Origin: an uncultured beta proteobacterium
GTDB lineage: Bacteria > Pseudomonadota > Gammaproteobacteria > Burkholderiales > SG8-41
Length of the DNA stretch: 64,000 bases
Reading direction: 5' to 3'
Assembly (NCBI GenBank): GCA_903889565.1
Contig: CAISYC010000027.1
Span: 864-64,863 of the forward strand
The position numbers and the translations under genes were made by a program. Of this stretch, positions 20,038 to 29,602 are shown piece after piece; position 1 is the stretch's first letter; each line of letters begins with the position of its first letter. The notes beneath the pieces were generated by a model. That model was not told where the DNA came from and ran no database searches. It was given only the letters and a program-made list of their open reading frames with translations.

Positions 20038-21672
20038 TTAGCTAACAGTACCACTTTGCCCCGCGTTAAAACGAACCATATCACTCCCCCGCTCCGCAAT
20101 CATCACCACCGGCGAATTCGTATTCCCCGACGTAATGCTCGGCATGACCGACGCATCGATCACCCGCAGGCCCTCGATGCCGCGCACCCTGAGCGTGGTA
20201 TCGACTACGGCGCTTTCGTCTTCCGCGCGCCCCATTTTGCAGGTGCCGACCGGATGGAAGATGGTGGTGCCGACATTGCCCGCGGCGGTGAGCAGCTCGG
20301 CATCGGTTTGAAACGCGGGGCCAGGCAGAATTTCCGCGGGCGCGTATTTCTGCATCGTTTGTGACGCGGTGACGATGCGGCGCGTGAGGCGCAGCGACTG
20401 TACGGCAATGGCCTGATCTTCCGCAGTCGCCAGATAGTTAGGCGCGATCGCGGGGGCAACGGCGGCATCGGGCGATTTGAGCTGTACGCTGCCGCGCGAG
20501 GTCGGGCGCAGGTTGCACACGCTGGCGGTGAAGGCCGGAAATGTGTGCAGCGGGTCGCCGAATTTATCGAGGCTCAGCGGCTGCACGTGGTATTCGAGAT
20601 TGGCGGTGGTTTGCGACGCATCGCTTTTGACGAAGGCGCCCAGTTGCGACGGCGCCATCGACAGCGGGCCGCTGCGGTTGAGCGCGTATTCGAGGCCCAT
20701 CTTCACTTTGCCCCACCATGAATGTGCCATGGTGTTGAGCGTCAACACATTGCCGACCTTGAAGGCCATGCGCAGTTGCAGATGGTCATGCAGATTGGCG
20801 CCGACGCCCGGCAGATCGTGCGCGACGGCGATGCCGTGCCGCTGCAACAACGCGCCCGGCCCGATGCCCGAACACTGCAGAATCTGCGGGCTGCCGATCG
20901 CGCCGGCGGTGAGCAGCGTTTCGCCCCGCGCTTCCGCAAACAATTGCGCGCCGCCGTGCACGAACTCGACGCCCGTGACCTTGCGGCCTTCGAGCCGGAG
21001 GCGCTGGACCTGCGCGTGCGTCATCACCGTCAGATTGGGCCGGCCGAGCGCGGGCTTGAGAAAAGCCTTCGCCGCGCTGACGCGCACGCCGCGGCGCTGG
21101 TTGACCTCGAAACGCGAGCTGCCGGCGTTGTCACCGGCATTGAATTCATCGACCTGGGCGACGCCCGCTTCGAGCGCGGCATCGCGGAAGGCATCGAGAA
21201 TTTCCCATTGCAGGCGCTGGCGCTCAACGCGCCATTCACCGCCGGCGCCGTGCGCCTCGCTGGCGCCGCGCCAGTGGTCTTCGCTTTGTTTGAAGATCGG
21301 CAGCACGTTGCGCCAGGCCCAGCCGTCGTCACCGGTGACGCGCGCCCATTCGTCGTAATCGCGCGACTGGCCGCGCAGATAGAGCATGGCGTTGATCGAC
21401 GACGAGCCGCCGATGACCTTGCCGCGGGCATACAGAATCTGCCGCCCGTTGAGCCCGGGCTCGGGTTCGGTTTTGTAGCACCAGTCGGTGCGTGGATTGC
21501 CGATGCAGTAAATGTAGCCGATCGGAATGTGGATCCAGATCCAGTCGTCTTTGCCGCCGGCTTCGAGCAGCAGCACGCGGGTGTTGTGATCGGCCGAGAG
21601 GCGGTTCGCCAGCACGCAGCCGGCCGTGCCGCCGCCGGCGATCACATAGTCATAGGGGCCGAGGGTGCGCAT
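20038..21672 (-). CDS. GMC oxidoreductase (choline dehydrogenase-like)
   Basis: GGGTAGCVLANRL, GGSSSIN, GAIGSPQIL, IFHPVGTCKMG, SGNTNSP. Confidence 0.92.
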   Translation of the reverse strand: MRTLGPYDYVIAGGGTAGCVLANRLSADHNTRVLLLEAGGKDDWIWIHIPIGYIYCIGNPRTDWCYKTEPEPGLNGRQILYARGKVIGGSSSINAMLYLRGQSRDYDEWARVTGDDGWAWRNVLPIFKQSEDHWRGASEAHGAGGEWRVERQRLQWEILDAFRDAALEAGVAQVDEFNAGDNAGSSRFEVNQRRGVRVSAAKAFLKPALGRPNLTVMTHAQVQRLRLEGRKVTGVEFVHGGAQLFAEARGETLLTAGAIGSPQILQCSGIGPGALLQRHGIAVAHDLPGVGANLHDHLQLRMAFKVGNVLTLNTMAHSWWGKVKMGLEYALNRSGPLSMAPSQLGAFVKSDASQTTANLEYHVQPLSLDKFGDPLHTFPAFTASVCNLRPTSRGSVQLKSPDAAVAPAIAPNYLATAEDQAIAVQSLRLTRRIVTASQTMQKYAPAEILPGPAFQTDAELLTAAGNVGTTIFHPVGTCKMGRAEDESAVVDTTLRVRGIEGLRVIDASVMPSITSGNTNSPVVMIAERGSDMVRFNAGQSGTVS

Positions 21673-21696
21673 GCAATCGGCCGCCGATGGCCCGCG

Positions 21697-21993
21697 CTAC
21701 GCGTGTGCCAGTGGCCGCACGCCGCGCAACTGCGCGCCGAGAGAACGTTGCGCCGCTTTCAGATCATGCGCGGCCTGCAGATTCAACCAGTATTGCGGCG
21801 CCTGCTTGAACGCGCGCCCGAACAACAACGCAAGCTCGGCCGTCACCGGCCGCGTGCCGTTCACCACATGCGAAATGCGCATTGCGGACACACCGATCGC
21901 GCGCGCGAACTGCGCCTGCGTGAGGCCGAGTTCATCGAGCGCCTCTTTCAGAAATTCGCCAGGGTGGATGGCGGGCAAGCCGTTGTTGGTCAT
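21697..21993 (-). CDS. higA: HigA-family antitoxin
   Basis: PAIHPGEFL, HTH, YWLNLQAAHDL. Confidence 0.9.
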   Translation of the reverse strand: MTNNGLPAIHPGEFLKEALDELGLTQAQFARAIGVSAMRISHVVNGTRPVTAELALLFGRAFKQAPQYWLNLQAAHDLKAAQRSLGAQLRGVRPLAHA

Positions 21994-22004
21994 CACACTG
22001 CCTC

Positions 22005-22286
22005 TCAATGGTAATCGGTGATTTCAACGTCGAACGCATCACCGTCAGAAAAGCGAAAACAAATACGCCATTGCTCGTTGACGCGAATGCTCCATTGCCC
22101 GCGACGGTCGCCTTTCAGCGCCTCCAGCCGGTTCGACAGCGGAAAACGCAAATCGTCGATCGATGTGACCGCGTCAAGCTGCGTCAGCCGCATGGCGGCG
22201 CGTTTGATCATTTCAGTCGGCAGTCTGCGCGACTTACCCGTTGTGAAGAACCGCTCCGTTTCCGCACTGGCGAACGAACGTATCAT
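22005..22286 (-). CDS. higB: HigB-type RelE/ParE toxin
   Basis: NRLEALKGDRRGQWSIRVNEQWRICFRF...DYH; toxin upstream of antitoxin. Confidence 0.9.
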   Translation of the reverse strand: MIRSFASAETERFFTTGKSRRLPTEMIKRAAMRLTQLDAVTSIDDLRFPLSNRLEALKGDRRGQWSIRVNEQWRICFRFSDGDAFDVEITDYH

Positions 22287-22294
22287 CGGCCCAC

Positions 22295-22323
22295 AGTGTA
22301 AACAATTAGTTTATGACGGTCAA
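22295..22323 (-). promoter_or_regulatory. sigma70 promoter of higBA with overlapping operator palindrome
   Basis: TTGACC-17bp-TACACT on the minus strand; inverted repeat TAAAC-N5-GTTTA overlapping the spacer. Confidence 0.7.
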
Positions 22324-22367
22324 GCCTGCACGAACGGCCGGTTGGCCGTGCGTCATCGAAGCGGCGC

Positions 22368-23342
22368 TCATTCCGCGCGGATGCCGGCGGCCTTGATCAC
22401 CTTGCTCCAGCGCTCGGTCTCGAACTGGTTTTTGCGCACGGCCGCTTCGGTGGAGCCGCCGACCACGGTGACGCCGAGCTCGTTCCAGCGCGACTGCACT
22501 TCCGGCAGGCGCAGCACCTTGTCGATGTCGGCGTTGAGTTTGCGCACGATGTCGGCAGGCACGCCGGAGGCCACCGAGATCGTGTACCAGGGTGCCGCTT
22601 CGTAACCGGGCACGCCGGCCTCGCTGATCGGCGGCACCTCGGGCAGGCTCGGCATGCGCTTCAGGCTGGTGACACCGAGCGCGCGGATGCGTTTGGCTTT
22701 GATGTAGGGCAGCCCGGTGGCGACGTTCTCGAACATCAGCTGCACCTGCCCGCCGATCAGATCGGTCATCGCCGGCGCGCTGCCGCGATAGGGCACGTGC
22801 GTGAGTCTGGTGCCACTCATGTACATGAAGAGTTCGGCCGCCATGTGCAGCGCCGAGCCGTGACCCGCCGAGCCGTAGGCGAGCGCGCCGGGTTGGGCCT
22901 TCGCCAGCGCAATGAATTCGGGCACGGTTTTAACCGGCAGCGAGGGATGCACGATCAGCGCACCGGCGCTCTCGGCAAGAATGATCACCGGCTTGATCTG
23001 CTTCGCCGGATCGTAGGTCAGGTTCGATTACATCGAATACGCGGCGTTGTGCGAAATGGTCGCCAGCATCAGCGTGTAACCATCGGCGGGCGCGTTCACC
23101 ACCGCATCGGCGCCGATGTGGCCGCCGGAGCCTGAGCGGTTCTCGACCACCAGCGCGCGGCCGTACATCGCACCGAGCGGCTGCGCGACCACGCGGCCCA
23201 GCAGATCGGCAATGCCGCCCGGCGCGTAGGGCACGACGAGACGGAGCGGGCGCGACGGATAATCCGCCGGCTGCGCCTGCGCAAGGGCCGGCAGCATGGC
23301 TGCGGCAACCGACAGGCCCGCGACGATAATTCTGTGTGTCAT
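22368..23342 (-). pseudogene. Bug/TctC protein with internal nonsense codon
   Basis: In-frame TAA at 23028-23030 (AYSM*SNLTYDP, Tyr expected); both halves are in one frame. Confidence 0.8.
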
Positions 23343-23443
23343 GCTGCCCCCTCTGACGCGCCTTTGCACTGCGGCGCCGGATACGCCCGCGTGCTGGACA
23401 AAACCATGCGCCCGCATCGAGCGCCTGCATGCTACCAAACTTC

Positions 23444-24385
23444 TCAGCGCGCGGTCGCCGTTGCCTCGGCCCAGCCGAGGCAGGGGCGCTGCTCGAACGG
23501 CAGATCCCAGGCCTCGGCGTTGCTGCGATCGACGATGGTGGTCGGCAGCATGATTTCGCGCGGCACCGTTTCGCCGCGCAGTCGGCGCAGCAGCGCTTCG
23601 ACCGCGAGCGCGGCGAGATTCATCGCATTGAAGTTCGCCGTCGCCAGCAGCGCGCCGCTCTTGATCGCGGCGACCGCTTCGGGAATGGCGTTGACGCCGA
23701 CGACGACGGCCTGACGGTTGGCCGCGCGCAAGGCGTCGATCGCGCCGAGCGCCATCACATCGTTGGCGGCGAGCACGGCATCGAGGTGCTGCGTGGTTTG
23801 CAGCAACGCGGCCATCGCCGCGCGCGCCGGCTCGTATTGATAGGCGCCGTAGCAGCGGCCGACGATGCGGATGCCCGGAAATTTTTCCGCGGCGGCGCGA
23901 AAGCCGCGCGCGCGATCGACGCTGGTGCTCGAATCGGCGGAGGCTTCGATGACGGCGACGTCGCCCATGCCCTGCAGGTGACTGAACAGATAGTGCGCGA
24001 GCGAACGGCCGAGCTCGACATCGTCGGAACCGACGAAGCTACCCCAGCGGCCTTCGGTGGTGCGGCTGATGAATCCGGCGAGCGGCAGGCCGGCGGCGTT
24101 GATCTCGGCCACCGCGGCGTTGACGCGCGCGGGATGCACCGCCGACAGCGCGATCGCATCGGCGCCCTCGGCGATCGCGCGCCGGATCAGCGCGCACTGT
24201 TCGTCGGCATCATCCGGAACGCGCGGCACGTAATGCACAGCCACCGCGCCGAATTGCGCGGCGATGCGATCGGCGCCGAGACGCGCGGCGGCGTAGGCGG
24301 GATTGAGCAGGTTCTTGGTGAAAACGGCGATTTTCTTGTAACCCCATCCGCCGCCGTACATGTCCTGCGCATGGATGGTGGTCAA
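23444..24385 (-). CDS. Sugar-ABC (RbsB/LacI-fold) substrate-binding-like protein
   Basis: IAVFTKN, FVGSDD, DRARGF, AANDVMALGA; no signal peptide. Confidence 0.8.
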   Translation of the reverse strand: MTTIHAQDMYGGGWGYKKIAVFTKNLLNPAYAAARLGADRIAAQFGAVAVHYVPRVPDDADEQCALIRRAIAEGADAIALSAVHPARVNAAVAEINAAGLPLAGFISRTTEGRWGSFVGSDDVELGRSLAHYLFSHLQGMGDVAVIEASADSSTSVDRARGFRAAAEKFPGIRIVGRCYGAYQYEPARAAMAALLQTTQHLDAVLAANDVMALGAIDALRAANRQAVVVGVNAIPEAVAAIKSGALLATANFNAMNLAALAVEALLRRLRGETVPREIMLPTTIVDRSNAEAWDLPFEQRPCLGWAEATATAR

Positions 24386-24410
24386 GACGCGATGCCGCCG
24401 ATGGCTGCGT

Positions 24411-24449
24411 CCCTTCCCCTGCGCCGGCGGGGGAAGGACAGGATGGGGG
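24411..24449. repeat. REP-like palindrome
   Basis: cccttcccctgcgccggcgggggaaggacaggatgggg. Confidence 0.6.
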
Positions 24450-24472
24450 CATTGCGCGCGATCATCGCGCGC

Positions 24473-25306
24473 TCAAAATTCAAGTTTCTCACCGGGCTTG
24501 GCGGCGATCACCTTGATCGACGTATTGCCCAGCGCCTTCATCAGCTCTTCCGGCGTGCCGCGGTTGAACGGGTTGGTGTTGTAGTGCATCGGGATCGCGT
24601 ACTTCGGCTTGATGAATTCGCGCAGCGCGTAGGCGGCATCGACGGGGTCCATCGTGAAGTGGCCGCCGATCGGGATCAGCACGAGGTCGGGCTTGTAGTA
24701 GTCGGCGATGAACTTCATGTCGGAGAAGAGCCCGGTGTCGCCCATGTGCCAGATCCTGAAACCGTTCTCGAGCTCGATGATGAAGCCGACCGCTTCGCCG
24801 GCCGGATGCGTTTCGGCCTTGCCGGTGGCGGGGTTGTTCCACACATAGACCGAGGAATGATCGGCGTGCACCGCAGTGACCTTGATGCCGGGCACCGGCG
24901 TGACGCGACCGCCGACGCCGAAGCGCGGCAACTGCGCCGGCGGCAGCACGCCGAGGGTGGTCAGCGCGGCATTGAGATCGCCGGCGCCCCACAGCGGAAT
25001 GTTGTTGAGCTTGGCGAGCGCGGGCGCGTCGATGATGTGATCGCCATGCGCGTGCGTGACGAGCAGCACATCGACTTTGCCGAGCGATTCGAGGCTCGGA
25101 TATTCCGGCGGCGTCAGCGGCTTCGGCAGCGCCGGCGGATACGCCAGCAGCCACGGATCGGTGACGATGACCTTGCCGCCGGGCGAAGTGATCTTGAACA
25201 TCGCCTGATTGATCCAGATGACTTCGGTTTTGCCGGATTGCGCGTCGGCGGTGGTGACAACAAGAATGGCGATGAAGGCTGCGACGATGCCGGGAAATTT
25301 ATGCAT
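24473..25306 (-). CDS. Exported MBL-fold metal-dependent hydrolase (UPF0173-like)
   Basis: Signal peptide; THAHGDH, HMGDT, IPMHY. Confidence 0.85.
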   Translation of the reverse strand: MHKFPGIVAAFIAILVVTTADAQSGKTEVIWINQAMFKITSPGGKVIVTDPWLLAYPPALPKPLTPPEYPSLESLGKVDVLLVTHAHGDHIIDAPALAKLNNIPLWGAGDLNAALTTLGVLPPAQLPRFGVGGRVTPVPGIKVTAVHADHSSVYVWNNPATGKAETHPAGEAVGFIIELENGFRIWHMGDTGLFSDMKFIADYYKPDLVLIPIGGHFTMDPVDAAYALREFIKPKYAIPMHYNTNPFNRGTPEELMKALGNTSIKVIAAKPGEKLEF

Positions 25307-25350
25307 GGTGACCTGCCTGAATTGAAAGTTGGTTGCACATGGATGCTGCT

Positions 25351-25379
25351 CCCTCACCCCTTGTCTACGGACGAGAGGG
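25351..25379. repeat. Degenerate REP-like palindrome
   Basis: ccctcacccc...gagaggg. Confidence 0.45.
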
Positions 25380-25387
25380 CGTAACGA

Positions 25388-26287
25388 CTACGGATACATC
25401 GCCCAGCCGACGCGGTTGGTTTTGGCCTTGAAGAAATGCCCCTGCGTGCTGGTGACGAAAAGGGTGGTCATGTCGGCGCCACCGAAGCAGCAGTTGGTCG
25501 GGCGGTTGCACGGCACCGGATGGGTTTCGAGCACACGGCCGGTGGGTGAGAAGACGGTGATCATCGGGCCGGGGCCGCTGACTTCATAGCCGTTGGTGGC
25601 GACGATGTTGCCGTCGCGATCGAAGCACATGCCGTCGATGCCGCGATGCACGCCGCGCGCATCCGCGCCCCAGGTGAACAGCGTGTTGTAAGTACCGAGG
25701 CTGCCGTCGTCGTTGATCGGGTAGGCGCGCAGCTCGCGCGGGATGTCTTTCGCATAGCCGCTCTCGGCGACGTAGAGCGTGCGGTTGTCGAGCGAGACCA
25801 GAATGCCGTTCGGCATGGTGGTGTCGAAGGTCACGCGCGTGATCGTGTAGCTGCCGTCGGTCTGCGGATCAAGACGGAACACCGACTGGTTATCGAGCTC
25901 CATGGTCGAGCCCTTGTCCCAGTTGCCGCTGTTGACCGGGTTGGTGAACCAGATGCGGCCCTTGCGGTCGATCGCGAGGTCGTTCGGCGTGTTCAGGCGC
26001 TTGCCTTCGAAGTTGTCGCAGAGCGTGGTGATTTTGCCGTCATCGAACCGCACCACCGAGCGCCCGCCCGAGCAGCAGCCGAACAGGCGGCCCTTTTCGT
26101 CGTGCGCAAGGCCATTGGTGCGGTTGGTGCCTTCGAGCGCAATCTCGATAGCGCCCGTCTTCGGGTCATAGCGCATGATGCGGCTGGCCTGAATGTGCGT
26201 GAAAAAAAGATATTCACCGTCCCACACCGGGCCTTCGGTGAGCGGCACGTCGGCGGGTTTGACTAAGAGTTCGAAGTTCCATTGCAT
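25388..26287 (-). CDS. SMP-30/gluconolactonase family
   Basis: TEGPVW, TNGL, PNDL, PNGI, DGM, PTNCCFGG. Confidence 0.9.
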   Translation of the reverse strand: MQWNFELLVKPADVPLTEGPVWDGEYLFFTHIQASRIMRYDPKTGAIEIALEGTNRTNGLAHDEKGRLFGCCSGGRSVVRFDDGKITTLCDNFEGKRLNTPNDLAIDRKGRIWFTNPVNSGNWDKGSTMELDNQSVFRLDPQTDGSYTITRVTFDTTMPNGILVSLDNRTLYVAESGYAKDIPRELRAYPINDDGSLGTYNTLFTWGADARGVHRGIDGMCFDRDGNIVATNGYEVSGPGPMITVFSPTGRVLETHPVPCNRPTNCCFGGADMTTLFVTSTQGHFFKAKTNRVGWAMYP

Positions 26288-26327
26288 GATTGGGTCGATT
26301 CAAGATTAAGTCGAACAGGTTTCAAAA

Positions 26328-26364
26328 CCCCTCACCCCTGCCCTCCCCCTCAAGGGGGAAGGGA
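26328..26364. repeat. REP-like palindrome
   Basis: cccctcacccctgccctccccctcaagggggaaggg. Confidence 0.7.
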
Positions 26365-26446
26365 GTTCAATTCAGAGTACGAGGGCATGCGTGCTGCATG
26401 GGGAGTTATTGTAGACTGTCCGCCCTGCTTGACCATCACGCACCGC

Positions 26447-27139
26447 ATGAACGACACCCACAGCGAAGCCGCCGTCCGCGATTTGCATGCGCGCCTGTGG
26501 CGTGCGCGCGCGTCGCTGTGGCCGGCGGAGGCGATGCCAACGCCGGTGGAGATGCTCGATCCGGCGGCGGCGGCGCGGCTGCTGGGGATCGAATTCGAAG
26601 TGCATGACGAACTCGGCTCGCGTTTCAATGCCGCCGAGGCGCGCTTCGAGATCGCCGGCCTGCTCGACCGGCAGGCGAAGAAGATCGCGATCTCGCGGCG
26701 CTTTGCGTTGGAAACGCAGCGCTTCACCGCCGCGCACGAACTCGGCCACTGGCTGCTGCATCCGGGCAACATCATGCATCGCGACCGCCCGGTTGGCGGC
26801 CTTGAGTTCGGACCGATGAAACGCCCGCTGCCGGAGCGCGAAGCGGATCGCTTCGCGGCGCTGTTTCTGATGCCGGAAAAACTGCTGCGCAAACGCTTCG
26901 CCGAATGTTTCGGTGCAACGACACCGCTGGTGGTCGATGACGCCGCGGCGTTCTGGCTGTGCGGCGGCAATCCGGGGTTCCTGCTCGACGCCGACATTCA
27001 TTCGCTCGAACGCGAAGTGGCGGTGGCCTCGGCGCGCTCGTTCGCCAACCGGCATTTCGATTCGCTGGCGCGGCACTTTCATGTCTCGATCGCGAGCATG
27101 GCGATCCGGCTGCGCGAGCTGGAACTGGTGCGGGCTTAG
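26447..27139 (+). CDS. ImmA/IrrE-family metallo-endopeptidase
   Basis: QRFTAAHELGHWLLH (HEXXH), EREADRFAALFLMP, LARHFHVS. Confidence 0.85.
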   Translation: MNDTHSEAAVRDLHARLWRARASLWPAEAMPTPVEMLDPAAAARLLGIEFEVHDELGSRFNAAEARFEIAGLLDRQAKKIAISRRFALETQRFTAAHELGHWLLHPGNIMHRDRPVGGLEFGPMKRPLPEREADRFAALFLMPEKLLRKRFAECFGATTPLVVDDAAAFWLCGGNPGFLLDADIHSLEREVAVASARSFANRHFDSLARHFHVSIASMAIRLRELELVRA

Positions 27140-27146
27140 CTTACAA

Positions 27147-27173
27147 GTTCCCTCCCCCTGAGGGGGAAGGAAC
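27147..27173. repeat. REP-like palindrome / possible bidirectional terminator
   Basis: gttccctccccctgagggggaaggaac between convergent genes. Confidence 0.6.
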
Positions 27174-27178
27174 CAAGA

Positions 27179-27586
27179 TCAGTTATCGCCGCCGGCGTCG
27201 CGCACGTTGTTGCGCACCTGCTTCTTCAGCGTTTCGGTGTCGCCCTTGAGCATGCGCGCGCGGTTCTGCGCGGCGGTGCTGGCGGCCTGCTCCATCACGC
27301 GCTTGCGTTCGGCGGCAAGCTCGTTGTTGAGGTCGCCGTCGATGCCGGTGGCGTTGGGATTGCCGTCGGGCATTTTGGCGGCGGCATCGCGCATTTCGCG
27401 CGACACGCGCTCGCTGTAGGTCGTTTCGCGGTATTCGCGGGTTTCGGCGCGCGTGCTGTCGATCTTCTCCTGCACCATCTCCCACAGATCGCCGAAACTC
27501 AAACCCATCGCGCGCATCGACGAATACGCGACGATCACCACGAGGGCGACGGCGATTTTTTTGTAGATGGGTTTTGATTCGTCCAT
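27179..27586 (-). CDS. Hypothetical N-terminally anchored helical protein
   Basis: Hydrophobic IAVALVVIVAYS followed by a charged helical region. Confidence 0.6.
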   Translation of the reverse strand: MDESKPIYKKIAVALVVIVAYSSMRAMGLSFGDLWEMVQEKIDSTRAETREYRETTYSERVSREMRDAAAKMPDGNPNATGIDGDLNNELAAERKRVMEQAASTAAQNRARMLKGDTETLKKQVRNNVRDAGGDN

Positions 27587-27697
27587 GGCAAGGCGTCAGG
27601 CTGTCGTTCAATTGCGCGAAGCTTCCGCCAGCCGCGCGCCGGCGTCAAGGCACAATGCGGCGGATTGCCTGCCGCGCGTCGTTTCGAACCCGGGCAA

Positions 27698-28558
27698 TCA
27701 AAGCAGCGGATTGTCGTGGCCGGTCGCGCAGCCGGCGTCGGCGATGCACGATGCGGCGGTCGCCACCGGCAGGGCCACATCGAGCATGCGCGCGATTTCC
27801 AGCGCCGTGTGCAGGTCTTTGCGCAGATTGGGCAATGGCGCACCGGGCGCGGCGGGCGCGAGCATGCTTTTCCAGCGCGGGCCCATTTCGCTCCAGATCT
27901 GCAAAACCCTGCTGTTGGCCAGACCGTCGCCGAGAACTTGTTTGAGCGCCGCGATATCGACCCCGCCGGCGGTGCCGAGGGCAAGACCTTCGAGCAGCGC
28001 CACGATGTTGAGCCCCATCACCAGTTGATGCGCGAGCTTTGCGACCTGGCCGCTGCCGATGTCGCCGGTGTGCAGGATCACATGCGCAAACGATTCGAAC
28101 ACCCCGCGCGCCCGCTCGAGCGTGGCGGCCGCGCCGCCGATCATCAGCACCAGCTTGCCGTCGGCGGCGGCAAGGTAACCGCCGGTGATCGGCATGTCGA
28201 GCGTGGCGCAGTCCTGCGCGGACAGTGCGCTGGCGATGCGTTGCACCGGCGCAGGGCCCAGGGTGCTGCCGGTGGCGAAGATGCTGCCCGGCCGCAACGC
28301 GTGAATGATGCCGCGCGCGCCGAACACCACGTCGTCGGTCTGCGCGTTGTCGAAGACGAGGCTGATGACAAGCTCGCTGCAGGCGGCGACCTCCATCGAC
28401 GACGCGCAGGCGCGCGCGCCGGCGGCAGCGAGTTCGCGCACCGGCTCGGCGCGGATGTCGAACACCGCGACCTCAAAGCCCGCATTGAGCAGGCGCAGCG
28501 CGATCGGTTTGCCGATCACGCCGAGACCAGTCACGCCGACGTTGGCGATCGCGCTCAT
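27698..28558 (-). CDS. 3-hydroxyisobutyrate dehydrogenase-family NAD(P) oxidoreductase
   Basis: GLGVIG, DMPITGG, GSGQVAKLAHQ, LRKDL. Confidence 0.85.
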   Translation of the reverse strand: MSAIANVGVTGLGVIGKPIALRLLNAGFEVAVFDIRAEPVRELAAAGARACASSMEVAACSELVISLVFDNAQTDDVVFGARGIIHALRPGSIFATGSTLGPAPVQRIASALSAQDCATLDMPITGGYLAAADGKLVLMIGGAAATLERARGVFESFAHVILHTGDIGSGQVAKLAHQLVMGLNIVALLEGLALGTAGGVDIAALKQVLGDGLANSRVLQIWSEMGPRWKSMLAPAAPGAPLPNLRKDLHTALEIARMLDVALPVATAASCIADAGCATGHDNPLL

Positions 28559-29517
28559 TCGGCGCGGATGCCGGCGTCGCGCGCGACGCGCCGCCATTTG
28601 TCGAGCTCGCCGGCAATGCGCTTCGCGAATTCCGCGCTCGATGCCGGCGTCGGCGCAGCGCCCTCGGCGGCGAGCCGCTGCGCCGCTTCGGGCTGCTCGA
28701 GAATGGCGCCGATTTCGCGGTTAAGTGTGCTGACGACGGCGGCCGATGTGGCGGCGGGCGCGAGCACGCCCCACCAGATGATCATTTCATAACCGGGCGC
28801 GCCGGACTCGGCGATGGTCGGCACCTCGGGCAACAGCGGCGTGCGCTTCGCGCTGCTGACACCGAGCGGCTTCAAACGACCGGCGCGAATCTGATTGAGC
28901 GTGATCGCGGCGGTGCCGAACATGATCTGCACCTGACCGCCGATCAGGTCGGTGAGCGCCTGCGGCCCGCCCTTGTACGGCACGTTGACGAGCTGCACGC
29001 CGGCGAGACGCGAAAACAGCGCGCCGGCAAAATGATTGACGCCACCGGTGCCGGAAACAGCGTAGCTGACCGTGTCGGGCCGGGCGCGCGCGAGTTCGAT
29101 CAGCTCGCGCGCACTGCGCGGCTGAAAGGCCGGATTGGCGACGAGCACCAGCGGCCCGGCGCCGAGCAGCATTACCGGCGTGAACGACTTCAACGGATCG
29201 AAGGGCAACTTGTCGTAAACCGCAGCATTCATGGTGTGCGACACCGACATGAACTGCAGCGTGTAGCCGTCCGGGGCGGCCTTCGCGGTCAGCTCGGTGG
29301 CGACGATGCCGTTGGCGCCGGGCCGGTTATCGACGACGATCTGTTGCTTCACGCGCTCGGTGAGCTTGCCGCCGATGAAACGCGCCAGCATGTCGGTGCC
29401 GCTGCCGGCCGGGAAGCCGACGATGATGCGCACGGGCTTGAGCGGATAGTCCGCCGCCGCCTGCGCCGGCACGAATGGCGCAAAGCAAAGCGCGACGATG
29501 GCGAGGGGCTTGAACAT
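28555..29517 (-). CDS. Bug/TctC substrate-binding protein
   Basis: YPLKPVRIIVGFPAGSGTD, PYKGGPQA. Confidence 0.9.
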   Translation of the reverse strand: MFKPLAIVALCFAPFVPAQAAADYPLKPVRIIVGFPAGSGTDMLARFIGGKLTERVKQQIVVDNRPGANGIVATELTAKAAPDGYTLQFMSVSHTMNAAVYDKLPFDPLKSFTPVMLLGAGPLVLVANPAFQPRSARELIELARARPDTVSYAVSGTGGVNHFAGALFSRLAGVQLVNVPYKGGPQALTDLIGGQVQIMFGTAAITLNQIRAGRLKPLGVSSAKRTPLLPEVPTIAESGAPGYEMIIWWGVLAPAATSAAVVSTLNREIGAILEQPEAAQRLAAEGAAPTPASSAEFAKRIAGELDKWRRVARDAGIRAE

Positions 29518-29602
29518 GGCGTGGGCATCATACCGCGGCGCGGACGGCGCGCGCCGCTGTGATACGCTAACCCGACCATTCGACAGCCCGGGGGATGCCC
29601 GC

